Shown here in pieces: positions 12,316-20,375 of a DNA stretch of 64,000 bases. The DNA lies in contig JBBQJV010000014.1 of assembly GCA_038326205.1 (NCBI GenBank), positions 3,232 to 67,231 on the forward strand. The letters are read 5' to 3'. The translations under genes were made by a program, and so were the position numbers. The notes below the pieces were generated by a model. That model saw only the letters and a list, made by a program, of their open reading frames with translations. It was not told the DNA's origin and did not search any database. The stretch is from Caulobacterales bacterium (GTDB lineage Bacteria > Pseudomonadota > Alphaproteobacteria > Caulobacterales > Hyphomonadaceae). Positions within the stretch are counted from its first letter, which is position 1. The number at the start of each line of letters is the position of its first letter.

Positions 12316-12432
12316 CGCGTTCCCGGCGGCGGCCGGGATCCAGTCTTCGCACGCAGTGCGAATTTGCAAGCAGCAGAAGCAAAAGCGCGCTGATGCACGC
12401 TGGCTGGATCCCCGCCCTCCGCCGGGAACGCG
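12316..12432. repeat. long imperfect inverted repeat (9 + 14 bp arms around an internal loop, 60-nt apical region)
   Basis: CGCGTTCCCGGCGGCGGCCGGGATCCAG (12316-12343) pairs with CTGGATCCCCGCCCTCCGCCGGGAACGCG (12404-12432). The apical region contains TTCGCAC-GCA-GTGCGAA (12346-12362). Confidence 0.7.
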
Positions 12433-12545
12433 ACCGTGCCAAGCGGCACGCTTCCAGTGACAGTGTTTGCGGGTGTGCAGCGACTCCCTGCCCTTCGCGA
12501 CGCCGCCTTCGGCGGCTCCTCAGGGGGGGGACTCCCCACCAATGA

Positions 12546-13794
12546 TCAAGGGGTTTTTGGCTCGTACCTGACCGAGCCGAGTTTCCCCGGATTATAGACC
12601 GTTCTGGCCTTGAGCATGGCGCAGGCGACCGCCAGGAGCCGATCGGCGACGCCCCGCAAGGCGCGGCCATGGGAGTGTCCTCGTCCTCTCAGCGCTGCGT
12701 ATCGCTCCCGGCTGCGCGCGTCATGTTGGGTCGCGACCCTGGCCCAGTGATAAACCGCTGTTCGCAGCCTGCCGGAGCAGGCCTTGCGCATTTCGACCCG
12801 ACAGGATTTGCCGCTCCTCTTGGTGACCGGGGCCACTCCGGTCAAAGTGCGCAAGGCGTGATAGTCTCGCGCTTGGATGGCCGACCAGCCTTCCGTGAGC
12901 AACGTGGCGAGGACGATCCTTCCCACTCCCGGCAGAGAGTACAGGATCGCCGCGTCGCGTTGCTCGATCGGCTGCCCCGGTTCGGGTTCCGGACCGGCGA
13001 GAGTTTCGACAAGCTTGTCGATCTGTCGGGTGACCTCCTTGAGCTGACGGTTCACCAGGAGCACCCGCTCAGCGAGCGCAGTAATGTGAGCCTTGGCGGC
13101 CTCCGCGGCCGGGCGCAACGGTGAGAGCCGGGCGTCGAAGGATCGCAACCGCATCTGCGGCGCTAAGCCGACGTATGCGGTGCGCGCCAAGCACGCGCGC
13201 AGCTTTCTTTTCACTGAGTTTGCCGGCTTCGGCCGGTGTCGGCGCCAACGCCCAGAGCTCTAAAAACCATGCAGCGCCAGGATCTTCGCCAAGCTCAGGC
13301 GCCTGAGGATAATAGCGCCAGAGCTGCTGACGGATGCGGTTGGTAAGCCGGTTGCGCTCTTCTTTCAGTTCATCGCCCATCCGCGACCACTCTCTCAACC
13401 CCACCACGACAGGATCGAGGATCTCGAGGCGACGGAAGCAATGACGGTCAGTTCGTAACGATGAGGCAAGAACCAGCGCATCCCGGCGGTCGTCCTTGGC
13501 CCCGGCCGGCGAGAACCGGTCACGGAAGCGGTCAAGCTGTTTGGGATTGATGGCGAACACGGCAATGCCGCGATCCATCAAAGCTTCGACGACCGGGCCG
13601 TGAGGCACTTCAATGGCGACTGCGACCTCGTCGGGGGCAGAGGCCTGCGCCAGCAGCCAGTTGACCATCGCGCCCAGACCATCGCCATCATGCGCGAAGG
13701 AGCGCTGTACCGGGCCGGCTGGCCCCAGAAGACAGACCTGGTGCTCGAGACTTGCCCAATCGACGCCGACAAAGACGGTCGGCTCCTTATCCAT
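12546..13794 (-). pseudogene. IS110-family transposase/recombinase with a frameshift near 13105-13115
   Basis: The N-terminal part reads MDKEPTVFVGVDWASLEHQVCLL...AKDDRRDALVLA (ORF 13069-13899, start trimmed to ATG 13794 after AGGGAGGTGA). The C-terminal part reads AEAAKAHITAL...LYSLPGVGRIVLATLL...TGVAPVTKRSGKS (ORF 12546-13214). The frames switch in GCGCCCGGCCGCGGAGGCC. Confidence 0.85.
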
Positions 13795-14045
13795 CGTCAC
13801 CTCCCTTTGTTGAACGAGCCGCCGTGTCGCTTCACCATTCCCTGTACTGGCGCTCGGATCCAAAAGTGCCGGCGCAACTCCCCACTGGGCGTGCAACACG
13901 GGCCAACCGGTCGAGGCGCGCGTCCCCCCAGGCGTTCAAGACGCAGGGGGCGAATGGCTGCTCTCGACCAGCCGGCTCGCGACGGTCATGATAAACACAA
14001 ACCGCACTGAACGGGTACAGGGAGGGAGCGAGCCAGGCGGTTCGG
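13795..14045 (-). ncRNA. candidate IS110 5'-leader structured RNA (bridge/guide-RNA-like)
   Basis: About 250 nt of non-coding leader upstream of the transposase. On the minus-strand RNA, a 14-bp stem (13963-13976 with 13902-13915) pairs completely using 3 G-U pairs; these would be C-A mismatches on the plus strand. The stem encloses an inner hairpin at 13923-13950. Confidence 0.3.
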
Positions 14046-14052
14046 GAGTGCC

Positions 14053-14964
14053 TCAGGCCACGTCGGATTTCTTGTCGTGAGCAGCGTGGATCTTCTTGCT
14101 CACCAGGCGGTCGAGTTCGTTGGCGACCGAGGAGCGGTGGATGAAGGCTTCCTCTGGCATGTCGAGGATGATTGCGATCGTCTGGAAGTGATATTTCACC
14201 ACGTCGACATCGTAGGTGTCGGTCATGCCAACGCCTTCGACGTAGCGCAGGGATGAGCTCCAGACGCGGCCGATGGTGTCGTCTCCGAGGTGGGAGACTT
14301 CATCCGAGTTCTGCTGAAGCATGCGGTACATACCGCGAATGCCGGCGACGCGATCGCCCTGAGTGCGATTGGCGTAAGCGGTGAGATTGTCGATAATTGC
14401 CCGCAGCTTGAAGGCATTCTCTTTGGACTGTTCGGTCTGCGCCTTCTGCGGCGGCTCGTCCGTCAGGCGGCGCCAGGGGCCGGTGTAGGCGGTGTCTTCC
14501 TTGCGCCGACGGCAAGGGCCGACATAGTTGCGACTATCGATGAACTTGCGAGGGCGCAGGACGACTTCTTCGATGCGCGACAGCACGCCTTGCGCGCTGA
14601 CAGGTTTGAGCAGAAATTCGTTGATGCCCGACTGTCGCGCGGACATCAGCTGCTCGTGGTCGATGATGCCGGCAAGCAGAATGATCGGTGTCTCGCGGGC
14701 AAGGCCTGTGGTGTTGCGTCGGATCTCGCGCGTGAATTCGAGGCCGGACATGCGGCCGGCATCCCAGTCGACGAAGATGATGTCGGGCTTGAATGTGCGG
14801 CCGACGGTGAAGGCTTCCATCGCGCTGGCGGCCGCGTTGATGTTGGTGATCATTAGGCGACGCAGGCTGTCGGCGACGACGCCACGCATATAGGCGTTGG
14901 GGTCAACGATCAGGATCTTCATGCGCTTGAGGTCGCTGGGGGGAATGGTGCGCTCGTCAGTCAT
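14053..14964 (-). CDS. atypical response regulator: receiver domain + GPCRRRK linker + unassigned helical C-terminal domain
   Basis: KILIVDPN...DIIFVDWDAGRMSG...IILLAG...LLKPV is a REC fold with DD->DP and T->A changes. It is followed by FIDSRNYVGPCRRRKEDTAYTGPWRR and about 140 aa of unknown domain. Confidence 0.8.
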   Translation of the reverse strand: MTDERTIPPSDLKRMKILIVDPNAYMRGVVADSLRRLMITNINAAASAMEAFTVGRTFKPDIIFVDWDAGRMSGLEFTREIRRNTTGLARETPIILLAGIIDHEQLMSARQSGINEFLLKPVSAQGVLSRIEEVVLRPRKFIDSRNYVGPCRRRKEDTAYTGPWRRLTDEPPQKAQTEQSKENAFKLRAIIDNLTAYANRTQGDRVAGIRGMYRMLQQNSDEVSHLGDDTIGRVWSSSLRYVEGVGMTDTYDVDVVKYHFQTIAIILDMPEEAFIHRSSVANELDRLVSKKIHAAHDKKSDVA

Positions 14965-15860
14965 CAGGCGGCGTTCTTTTTCTGGATGATCTGGCCGAGG
15001 GCCAAAGACACTGTGTCACGCGCATCAACAAATGCGGGCGGCAGGGCGGCGAGTTGTTCAAGCGCGGACAACGCGGCGGAAATGACAGGCTCTTCGACCT
15101 GTCCCAGCGGGGCGGCGATTCCGATATAGGATTCGAACGAGGCGAGACCGGCCACCAGCGCCTCGTCGTCCTGTTGGGCCGCGAGCGATTTTGCGCCGCG
15201 CACCTGCGAGATGGCCTTGGCTAGCCGGGGCGAGTGACCGCTGTCCAGATCGACGCAGGTTTCGCGAAGAGCTGCGAGTTTTTCGCGGATGGGCGAACGG
15301 CGGGCCAACTCATCCTGGTCGATCATCACCGGGCGATCCACTTGGCGGCGCTTCTCGCCATAGTAGTCGGCTGGATTCTTGCGGCGGCGGCAGGGCCCGA
15401 GAAAAATGGCACTGTCGATGAACGGTCGCGGCGTCTCGATCACCATCTCGAGCCGCTGGCGCAGCGCGATGGGCGAGATGGGCTTGGTGAGAAATTCGTC
15501 GATGCCGGCATCGCGGCCGGAGATGACCTGGGGACCGGTGAGGCGGGGGGTGAGGAGGAGGAGGGGGAGACGGCGAAGGTGGTGGTCTTCGTGATTGCGG
15601 AGGTCGCGCGCGAAGGTGAGGGCGTCGAACGGCCCGTCCTTGTCCAGCGACAAAAGGATGAGGTCGACCCGGATTTCGCAGAGCGTCGAAAAGGCCGCTT
15701 CTGCGCTGCGCACGTTGGGAATGTTGGCGACGGTGAGGTGGCGCAGAATCTCGACGATCAGCTGACGGCTGACGCTATGCCCGTCCGCCACCAGAACCGA
15801 CAGGGTTCGGGGATTCAACGGCCGAGGTTTTCTCGGATCGTACATTGCGATGCGTGCCAC
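14964..15860 (-). CDS. paralogous receiver-like protein (probable pseudo-receiver) with the same GPCRRRK linker
   Basis: VLVADGH...DLILLSLDKDGPFD...LLLLTP...LTKPI. By hand alignment, Ser sits at the expected phospho-Asp position. The linker reads FIDSAIFLGPCRRRKNPADYYGEKRR. The stop/start abuts the downstream gene at 14964. Confidence 0.75.
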   Translation of the reverse strand: MARIAMYDPRKPRPLNPRTLSVLVADGHSVSRQLIVEILRHLTVANIPNVRSAEAAFSTLCEIRVDLILLSLDKDGPFDALTFARDLRNHEDHHLRRLPLLLLTPRLTGPQVISGRDAGIDEFLTKPISPIALRQRLEMVIETPRPFIDSAIFLGPCRRRKNPADYYGEKRRQVDRPVMIDQDELARRSPIREKLAALRETCVDLDSGHSPRLAKAISQVRGAKSLAAQQDDEALVAGLASFESYIGIAAPLGQVEEPVISAALSALEQLAALPPAFVDARDTVSLALGQIIQKKNAA

Positions 15861-16048
15861 CCGTTCCGAGTTCGAGGGCAGACTATGGCCTTAAGGTAAT
15901 TATCCGGTTGAGATCGGGCCGCGTAGGCGACGAAAATCCAGTTAGTCGCGGACTTAGCCGAAAAAATGAGGAAATTCAGTGTAACCCATGCGTTGGCCTA
16001 AGGTGTGTAACTTGCTATGGTTCGCCTCCAACGCAGGAGACCCGCCTT

Positions 16049-16213
16049 TTGAGTGACGACGAGAAGCTCGACCAGCGCATCCAGCTCGTGGCGTCGTCCA
16101 GTTTCGGCCGGCACGTCGACGAATGGCGCCGAACGCAAAAAGACTTGCCGAGCCGGTCCGAAGCCATCCGGCGTCTGGTCTATCACGGGCTGAAGCATGA
16201 AGAGGAACATCCC
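16049..16213 (+). CDS. ribbon-helix-helix (CopG/Arc-like) module, in frame with and unseparated from the P-II gene
   Basis: A TTG at 16049 lies 9 nt after AGGAG (16035-16039). It reads SDDEKLDQRIQLVASSSFGRHVDEWRRTQKDLPSRSEAIRRLVYHGLKHEEEHP, and PSRSEAIRRL is a hallmark of RHH proteins. There is no stop codon before ATG 16214. Confidence 0.45.
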
Positions 16214-16555
16214 ATGCGCATGATCACCGCGATCATCCGGCCTCACCGCTATGAGGCTGTGCGCGATGCGCTGATGAAGATGGGCGTCTCGGGCATGACG
16301 GCGACGCAGGTGCAGGGCTTTGGCCGGCAGCGCGGCCAGACCGAGTTCTATCGCGGCAATGAATATCAGGTCGCCGAAGTGCCGAAACTGAAGCTTGAGG
16401 TTGCGGTGTCTTCGGGAATGGCGGAGGCGGTCGTCGAGGCGATCACCAAGGCGGCGGGCTCGGGCAAGATCGGCGACGGCAAGATCTTCATATCGGGACT
16501 CAGCGACGTGGTGCGTATCCGCACCGGCGAGCGCGATGAGAAGGCGCTGGACTAG
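16214..16555 (+). CDS. P-II nitrogen regulatory protein family (GlnB/GlnK-like), orphan
   Basis: 113 aa: MRMITAIIRPHRYEAVRDAL...GFGRQRGQTEFYRGNEY (T-loop with Tyr51)...GKIGDGKIFISGLSDVVRIRTGE. GAGGA RBS lies 7 nt upstream. No glnA or amtB is adjacent. Confidence 0.85.
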   Translation: MRMITAIIRPHRYEAVRDALMKMGVSGMTATQVQGFGRQRGQTEFYRGNEYQVAEVPKLKLEVAVSSGMAEAVVEAITKAAGSGKIGDGKIFISGLSDVVRIRTGERDEKALD

Positions 16556-17355
16556 CGCGACTGCGCAGCGCCGGCTGAAGCGATGCGAGTTGCAGGAGGC
16601 TCGAAGCCGGGGAAGGCTTCCTGCGCGGTCATCGTATCGGGCAGCACATAGAAGATGCCGCCATTCTTGAAGATCTTTGCCACGACCTTCTTGTAAAAGT
16701 CAGGCGAGACGTTGATGCAGCCGTGCGTGATGCGATTGTCGTCAGGCTCGGGGCTCGCGAGGCGCTCCTTGCGCTTCTCGCGTCTGCTGGCCTTGCTGAC
16801 GAGCACGGGATGGATCGAGACGGACGTCGCATAGTCGACCCACAGGACGCGCTCGCCACTGGCTGCGGGGCCGAAGCCTGCGCGGAAGCGACCTGCAGGC
16901 GTCGTACGGTCGTTCATCGGAATGTCCTTGAGTTCGCGGTCGCCGATGCCGGGCGCTGATGTGTCGCCAAAAGCAGAGCCTAGGAGGGCGGGCGCCATGC
17001 CCTGTACCTTGCCGGCTGCGTTGAAGATCAGGATTTGTGCGGCGGCCTTGTCGATGACGGCGAAGGGCATTCCGCGATTATCCTCCGTGGCGAGAATCCA
17101 CCCGGCGAGATCAACCACGGAATCTGAAACGGGCTGGCCGGGGGCGACCTCATCGGGTGGGGCGTCGGGGGCTGCAGCCGAGGCAGGAGCAGATTTGGAT
17201 GAAGCAGGAGAGGACTTTGCAGGTACAGACTTCGTCGGCGCAGATTGGGCCAGAGCGGCGGGTGCAGACGCGCCTGCCCAGGCCATTGCCGCGGAGAGCA
17301 GGAGAAATCGAAGCAAGAGTTTCGATTCAATGCGAATGGCGCCGCTCCATGCCAT
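16552..17355 (-). CDS. L,D-transpeptidase (YkuD family), secreted
   Basis: Signal peptide, Ala/Pro/Ser-rich linker, and catalytic ITHGCINVS motif. The stop overlaps the convergent P-II stop (CTAG at 16552-16555). Confidence 0.85.
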   Translation of the reverse strand: MAWSGAIRIESKLLLRFLLLSAAMAWAGASAPAALAQSAPTKSVPAKSSPASSKSAPASAAAPDAPPDEVAPGQPVSDSVVDLAGWILATEDNRGMPFAVIDKAAAQILIFNAAGKVQGMAPALLGSAFGDTSAPGIGDRELKDIPMNDRTTPAGRFRAGFGPAASGERVLWVDYATSVSIHPVLVSKASRREKRKERLASPEPDDNRITHGCINVSPDFYKKVVAKIFKNGGIFYVLPDTMTAQEAFPGFEPPATRIASAGAAQSR

Positions 17356-17460
17356 TGAAAGTCAGGGGCCGAAAGTCCGGGTCTGAACGGGATCAGGCTG
17401 CCAACAGAAAGCCTGACCCCAAGTCAGATCGTCAGTTCTGAGCTTCTAGTCGTCCAGGGG

Positions 17461-17802
17461 TCAACCCCGGGGCTTCTTCATCGGTGCTTTCTCGAGGTTA
17501 TCGACGCGGCCGGTCAGCTGATCGAGGCGCTGGTTGGCGGTGCGGGCGTCGGTCGCCGCAGCCTGTGCGGCCGTGTTGGCGGCGCTGGCGCTGGACGCGG
17601 CGGACGCTGCGGCAGAGTTGCCAGCTTCGGCGCGTTGCGCGGCAGTGGCGACGCGGGCGTCGAGCGCATCGATGCGGCTGTTGGTGGCGGCGAATTTCTC
17701 GTCAACATAGCCGGTGCTGGCGCAGGCCGTGAAGCTCACGGCACCGAGTGCGATGACAATTGCGACACGCGCGGTCGCGGCGTGCTTCTTGAGGAAAGAC
17801 AT
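17461..17802 (-). CDS. alanine-zipper lipoprotein (Lpp/OprI-like)
   Basis: Start trimmed to MSFLKKH (AAGGA RBS). Lipobox SFTAC, followed by an Ala-rich coiled coil: RIDALDARVATAAQRAEAGNSAAASAASSASAANTAAQAAATDARTANQRLDQL. Confidence 0.65.
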   Translation of the reverse strand: MSFLKKHAATARVAIVIALGAVSFTACASTGYVDEKFAATNSRIDALDARVATAAQRAEAGNSAAASAASSASAANTAAQAAATDARTANQRLDQLTGRVDNLEKAPMKKPRG

Positions 17803-18014
17803 ATACGAAATCCTTTTCATGGGTTGTCGTAGGAACCTGTGGATTAGTTTGTGTATGCCACGCGCAGGCGCGTTAACGCCCATGCGGTCCGGGCTAATGC
17901 GTAACGCACGTGGCCCCCGGTTGTTCCGGGTGCGGACGATATTTTTGTAGCATACGTTTTGCCGAGAACCGGTATTACCGTCCGTTCACGTACGAACTCG
18001 TCTGAAGAGTGTGC

Positions 18015-18518
18015 CTAAAGGCGGTGCGTTCTTTTCCGGCGCTCTTTCGGCAGGATTCGGTCATCAGGACCGGGTGGCCGGTCGCGATTTACCAGCGTCA
18101 CGAGCGCGCGCCAGATCAGCCAGAGCGGAAGCACGATAAGCGCGCCGAGTAGGAGCGGCATGGCGGCGAGTTGCGCCGACCATGTTGCGATCTTGACGAT
18201 ACCGTCGAGGATCTGTCCGGCGCCGACGCCAAGCGTGAAGCCGGGCGCGAAGGGATTGAAGCCGCCGGCCTGGAAGATGGCGCCTACGATCACGCAGACA
18301 AGGACGAGTCGCGTCCAGCCCTTCCAGCCGACATTGAACATGCGGCCAGAGAAAGTAACGGGCCGGCGATGCAGGCGCGGATGGTCGTCGGTTGAATCCC
18401 AGAACTGTTCGTTACCCGGAGCCTGTTCGAAGTGAATCTCGCGCGCGGGCGCTGGCCGCGAAGGATCTGGCGCGACTTTGGCGGGAACAGATGTATCGTC
18501 CGACCGGGATTGTGACAT
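18015..18518 (-). CDS. hypothetical membrane protein
   Basis: 167-aa ORF with three hydrophobic segments and a basic C-terminus. No family recognised. Confidence 0.5.
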   Translation of the reverse strand: MSQSRSDDTSVPAKVAPDPSRPAPAREIHFEQAPGNEQFWDSTDDHPRLHRRPVTFSGRMFNVGWKGWTRLVLVCVIVGAIFQAGGFNPFAPGFTLGVGAGQILDGIVKIATWSAQLAAMPLLLGALIVLPLWLIWRALVTLVNRDRPPGPDDRILPKERRKRTHRL

Positions 18519-18530
18519 CTGCGAAAGTTA

Positions 18531-19703
18531 TCAGTCTATCGGCTCAAGTCCACGGGGCTGACTGTTTTCTTCGCCCTCGTTGTCGAGGACGAGGATCTGC
18601 TTCAGCGGGTGGCCCTTCTTCGGCAACTCGACCTGATGCGGATACGGGATCGTGATGCCGTTTTTATCGAAGGCCAGTTTGACCGACCGTATGGTGTCGC
18701 AGCGTGCGTCCCACCAGTCGGCGCTCTTAACCCATGCGCGGGCGCGAAGATCAACTGAAGAAGTCGCCAGTTCCACAACTTTGACCCAGATGGGCGGCTC
18801 ATCGCGGATGCGGCTGTCAGCTTTCAGCACGTCGCTGATCACGCCGATGGCCTTGTCGATGTCGTCGTCATAGTCGATCGAGAAGAGGAGATCGAGGCGA
18901 CGGAGGCTGCGCGTCGAGTTGTTGATGATGAGGTCGCCCCAAGCCTTGTCATTTGTGACGACGACCTCGCGATTGTCGACGGTGGTGAGCACGGTGGTGA
19001 AAGGCGTGATGTCAGTGATCGTGCCGATCTGGCCGCTGACCTGCACGACATCGCCGATGCGGTAGGGACGGAAGACCGCGATCACCACACCGGCGGCGAC
19101 GGCCTTGAGCGTGTCCTGCAGCGACAGGGCGATGGCAAGACCTGCGGCGCCGATGATTGCAAGCAGCGAGGCAGTGTCGAAGCCGAACTGCTGAAGCGCC
19201 GCGACGGCGCCGATGGCAAACGCGCCGAAGCGAACCAGAGAGCCGAGGAACGCGAACAGAGTCTCGCCGCCATTGTGGGCCTTGCCCAACTGATTGCCGA
19301 AGCCACGCACGCGCGAGCCCAGCCAAGAGCCAAGGAACCATACCGCGACAAGAATGACGAAGCCCTTGATGGCCGCAATGCCGAGTTCCTGGGCCTCTGC
19401 GAGCGGAAAACCAAAAATCAGATTGGCGACGATGACGGCTGACGCAATGAATACAGCGGCGCGGACCAGGGCCGCGATGATCTCGATCATGATGTGATCG
19501 GCTGACCGGGGCTGTTTGTCCTCCGCCTTGCGGCCACGGAGGCCCGATAGCTTGTTCGCGGAGAACCGGAGTATTCCCGAGATGACGCGTCCCAGCAGGT
19601 AGCCGAGCGCCAGCACCACGGCGGACCACATCCATTTCTGTGTCGGCCCGTAGATGTCTACGGCCCAAGTCTGAAATTGCGTGAACTGTTCCTGAAATTC
19701 CAT
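18531..19703 (-). CDS. mechanosensitive ion channel (MscS family)
   Basis: N-terminal TM helices followed by RPYRIGDVVQVSGQIGTITDITPFTTVLTTVDNREVVVTN, which is characteristic of the MscS beta domain. Confidence 0.9.
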   Translation of the reverse strand: MEFQEQFTQFQTWAVDIYGPTQKWMWSAVVLALGYLLGRVISGILRFSANKLSGLRGRKAEDKQPRSADHIMIEIIAALVRAAVFIASAVIVANLIFGFPLAEAQELGIAAIKGFVILVAVWFLGSWLGSRVRGFGNQLGKAHNGGETLFAFLGSLVRFGAFAIGAVAALQQFGFDTASLLAIIGAAGLAIALSLQDTLKAVAAGVVIAVFRPYRIGDVVQVSGQIGTITDITPFTTVLTTVDNREVVVTNDKAWGDLIINNSTRSLRRLDLLFSIDYDDDIDKAIGVISDVLKADSRIRDEPPIWVKVVELATSSVDLRARAWVKSADWWDARCDTIRSVKLAFDKNGITIPYPHQVELPKKGHPLKQILVLDNEGEENSQPRGLEPID

Positions 19704-19800
19704 ACGTGAATCGGCCTGTTTTGTTGTCGCCGTGCTGGCCTAACGCCAAATTGCAGGCAGCCCAACCCATCTGGGCGCACTTCGCGATGAACTGAACGCG

Positions 19801-20274
19801 CTAGGTGGTTTTCTGGTAGCAGCCCCATTGGCGCTGCATCTTCAGGCTCCAGGCGAGTGCGGTCGCGAAAACCTGTGCCTTTGCGTCGAAGATGCCCCGA
19901 TCGCGGTAGGTATTCCACGGATCGTTCCAGGTGAGCGGGCTGTACTGGAACAGGCCCTTGTAAGGACCAGCCGGATTGATGACGGTGGAGCGGCCGCCGG
20001 ATTCGCACATCATGACCGCGAACATGCGATCCGCACTTTCGGCGTAGGGGTGTTGGGCGCGCGCAAGCACGATCCATGTGCGGTAGAGGCTGAGCGTCGC
20101 CGCGTCGGGCGCGGCGTTGGGATTGGGCGCCGGAAGAGGCGTTGCAGGGGGCGTTGGTGTGGCGGCGGGCGCCACTGGTTTCGTGGCGCAGGCGGACAGT
20201 GCCAGAGCGAGGCCAGCGCCAAGCGCGATCAGCAGACGCGTCTGGCGCTTTCCTTGAACCACTACGTGCCTCAC
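19801..20274 (-). CDS. lipoprotein with transglycosylase-like (Rpf/SLT-like) domain
   Basis: Lipobox LALSAC. The motifs MMCESGG...YKGLFQYSPLTW resemble transglycosylase-like domains. Confidence 0.6.
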   Translation of the reverse strand: MRHVVVQGKRQTRLLIALGAGLALALSACATKPVAPAATPTPPATPLPAPNPNAAPDAATLSLYRTWIVLARAQHPYAESADRMFAVMMCESGGRSTVINPAGPYKGLFQYSPLTWNDPWNTYRDRGIFDAKAQVFATALAWSLKMQRQWGCYQKTT

Positions 20275-20375
20275 CGCTTCTGTTGGCCTGAGTGCACGCT
20301 ATCATGAGCGGTGCAGGGCTCAAAGCCGTGACGCGCGCGAGCGTTCTGCTAGGGTGGGGGAAGCGGGAGACTCAG

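Larger units (their letters stand above)
12450..14045 (-). mobile_element. IS110-family insertion sequence (boundaries approximate, transposase frameshifted)
   Basis: A DEDD-type N-terminal domain and a Transposase_20-type C-terminal domain are split over two overlapping ORFs. IS110 elements lack classical inverted ends, so the ends cannot be fixed from one copy. Confidence 0.75.

Noticed and set aside
11629-12545. Group II intron remnant (GTGCG at about 11629 on the plus strand and GTGCGAAGAC on the minus strand near 12355)
   Set aside because: I could not find a domain V-like hairpin (AGC triad stem with a GNRA loop) on either strand. There is also no reverse-transcriptase ORF. A GTGCG pentamer alone is not informative in GC-rich DNA.
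15845-16048. ATG 15845 as the start of the 236-aa ORF ending in P-II
   Set aside because: That start lies inside the oppositely oriented receiver gene (its start is at 15860). The first about 65 codons have no protein-like character. TTG 16049 or ATG 16214 are the credible starts.
17393-17426. Hairpins downstream of the Lpp-like gene as an intrinsic terminator
   Set aside because: There are two overlapping short stems (7 bp and 5 bp) with at best a weak U-rich tail on the minus strand. The evidence is insufficient.
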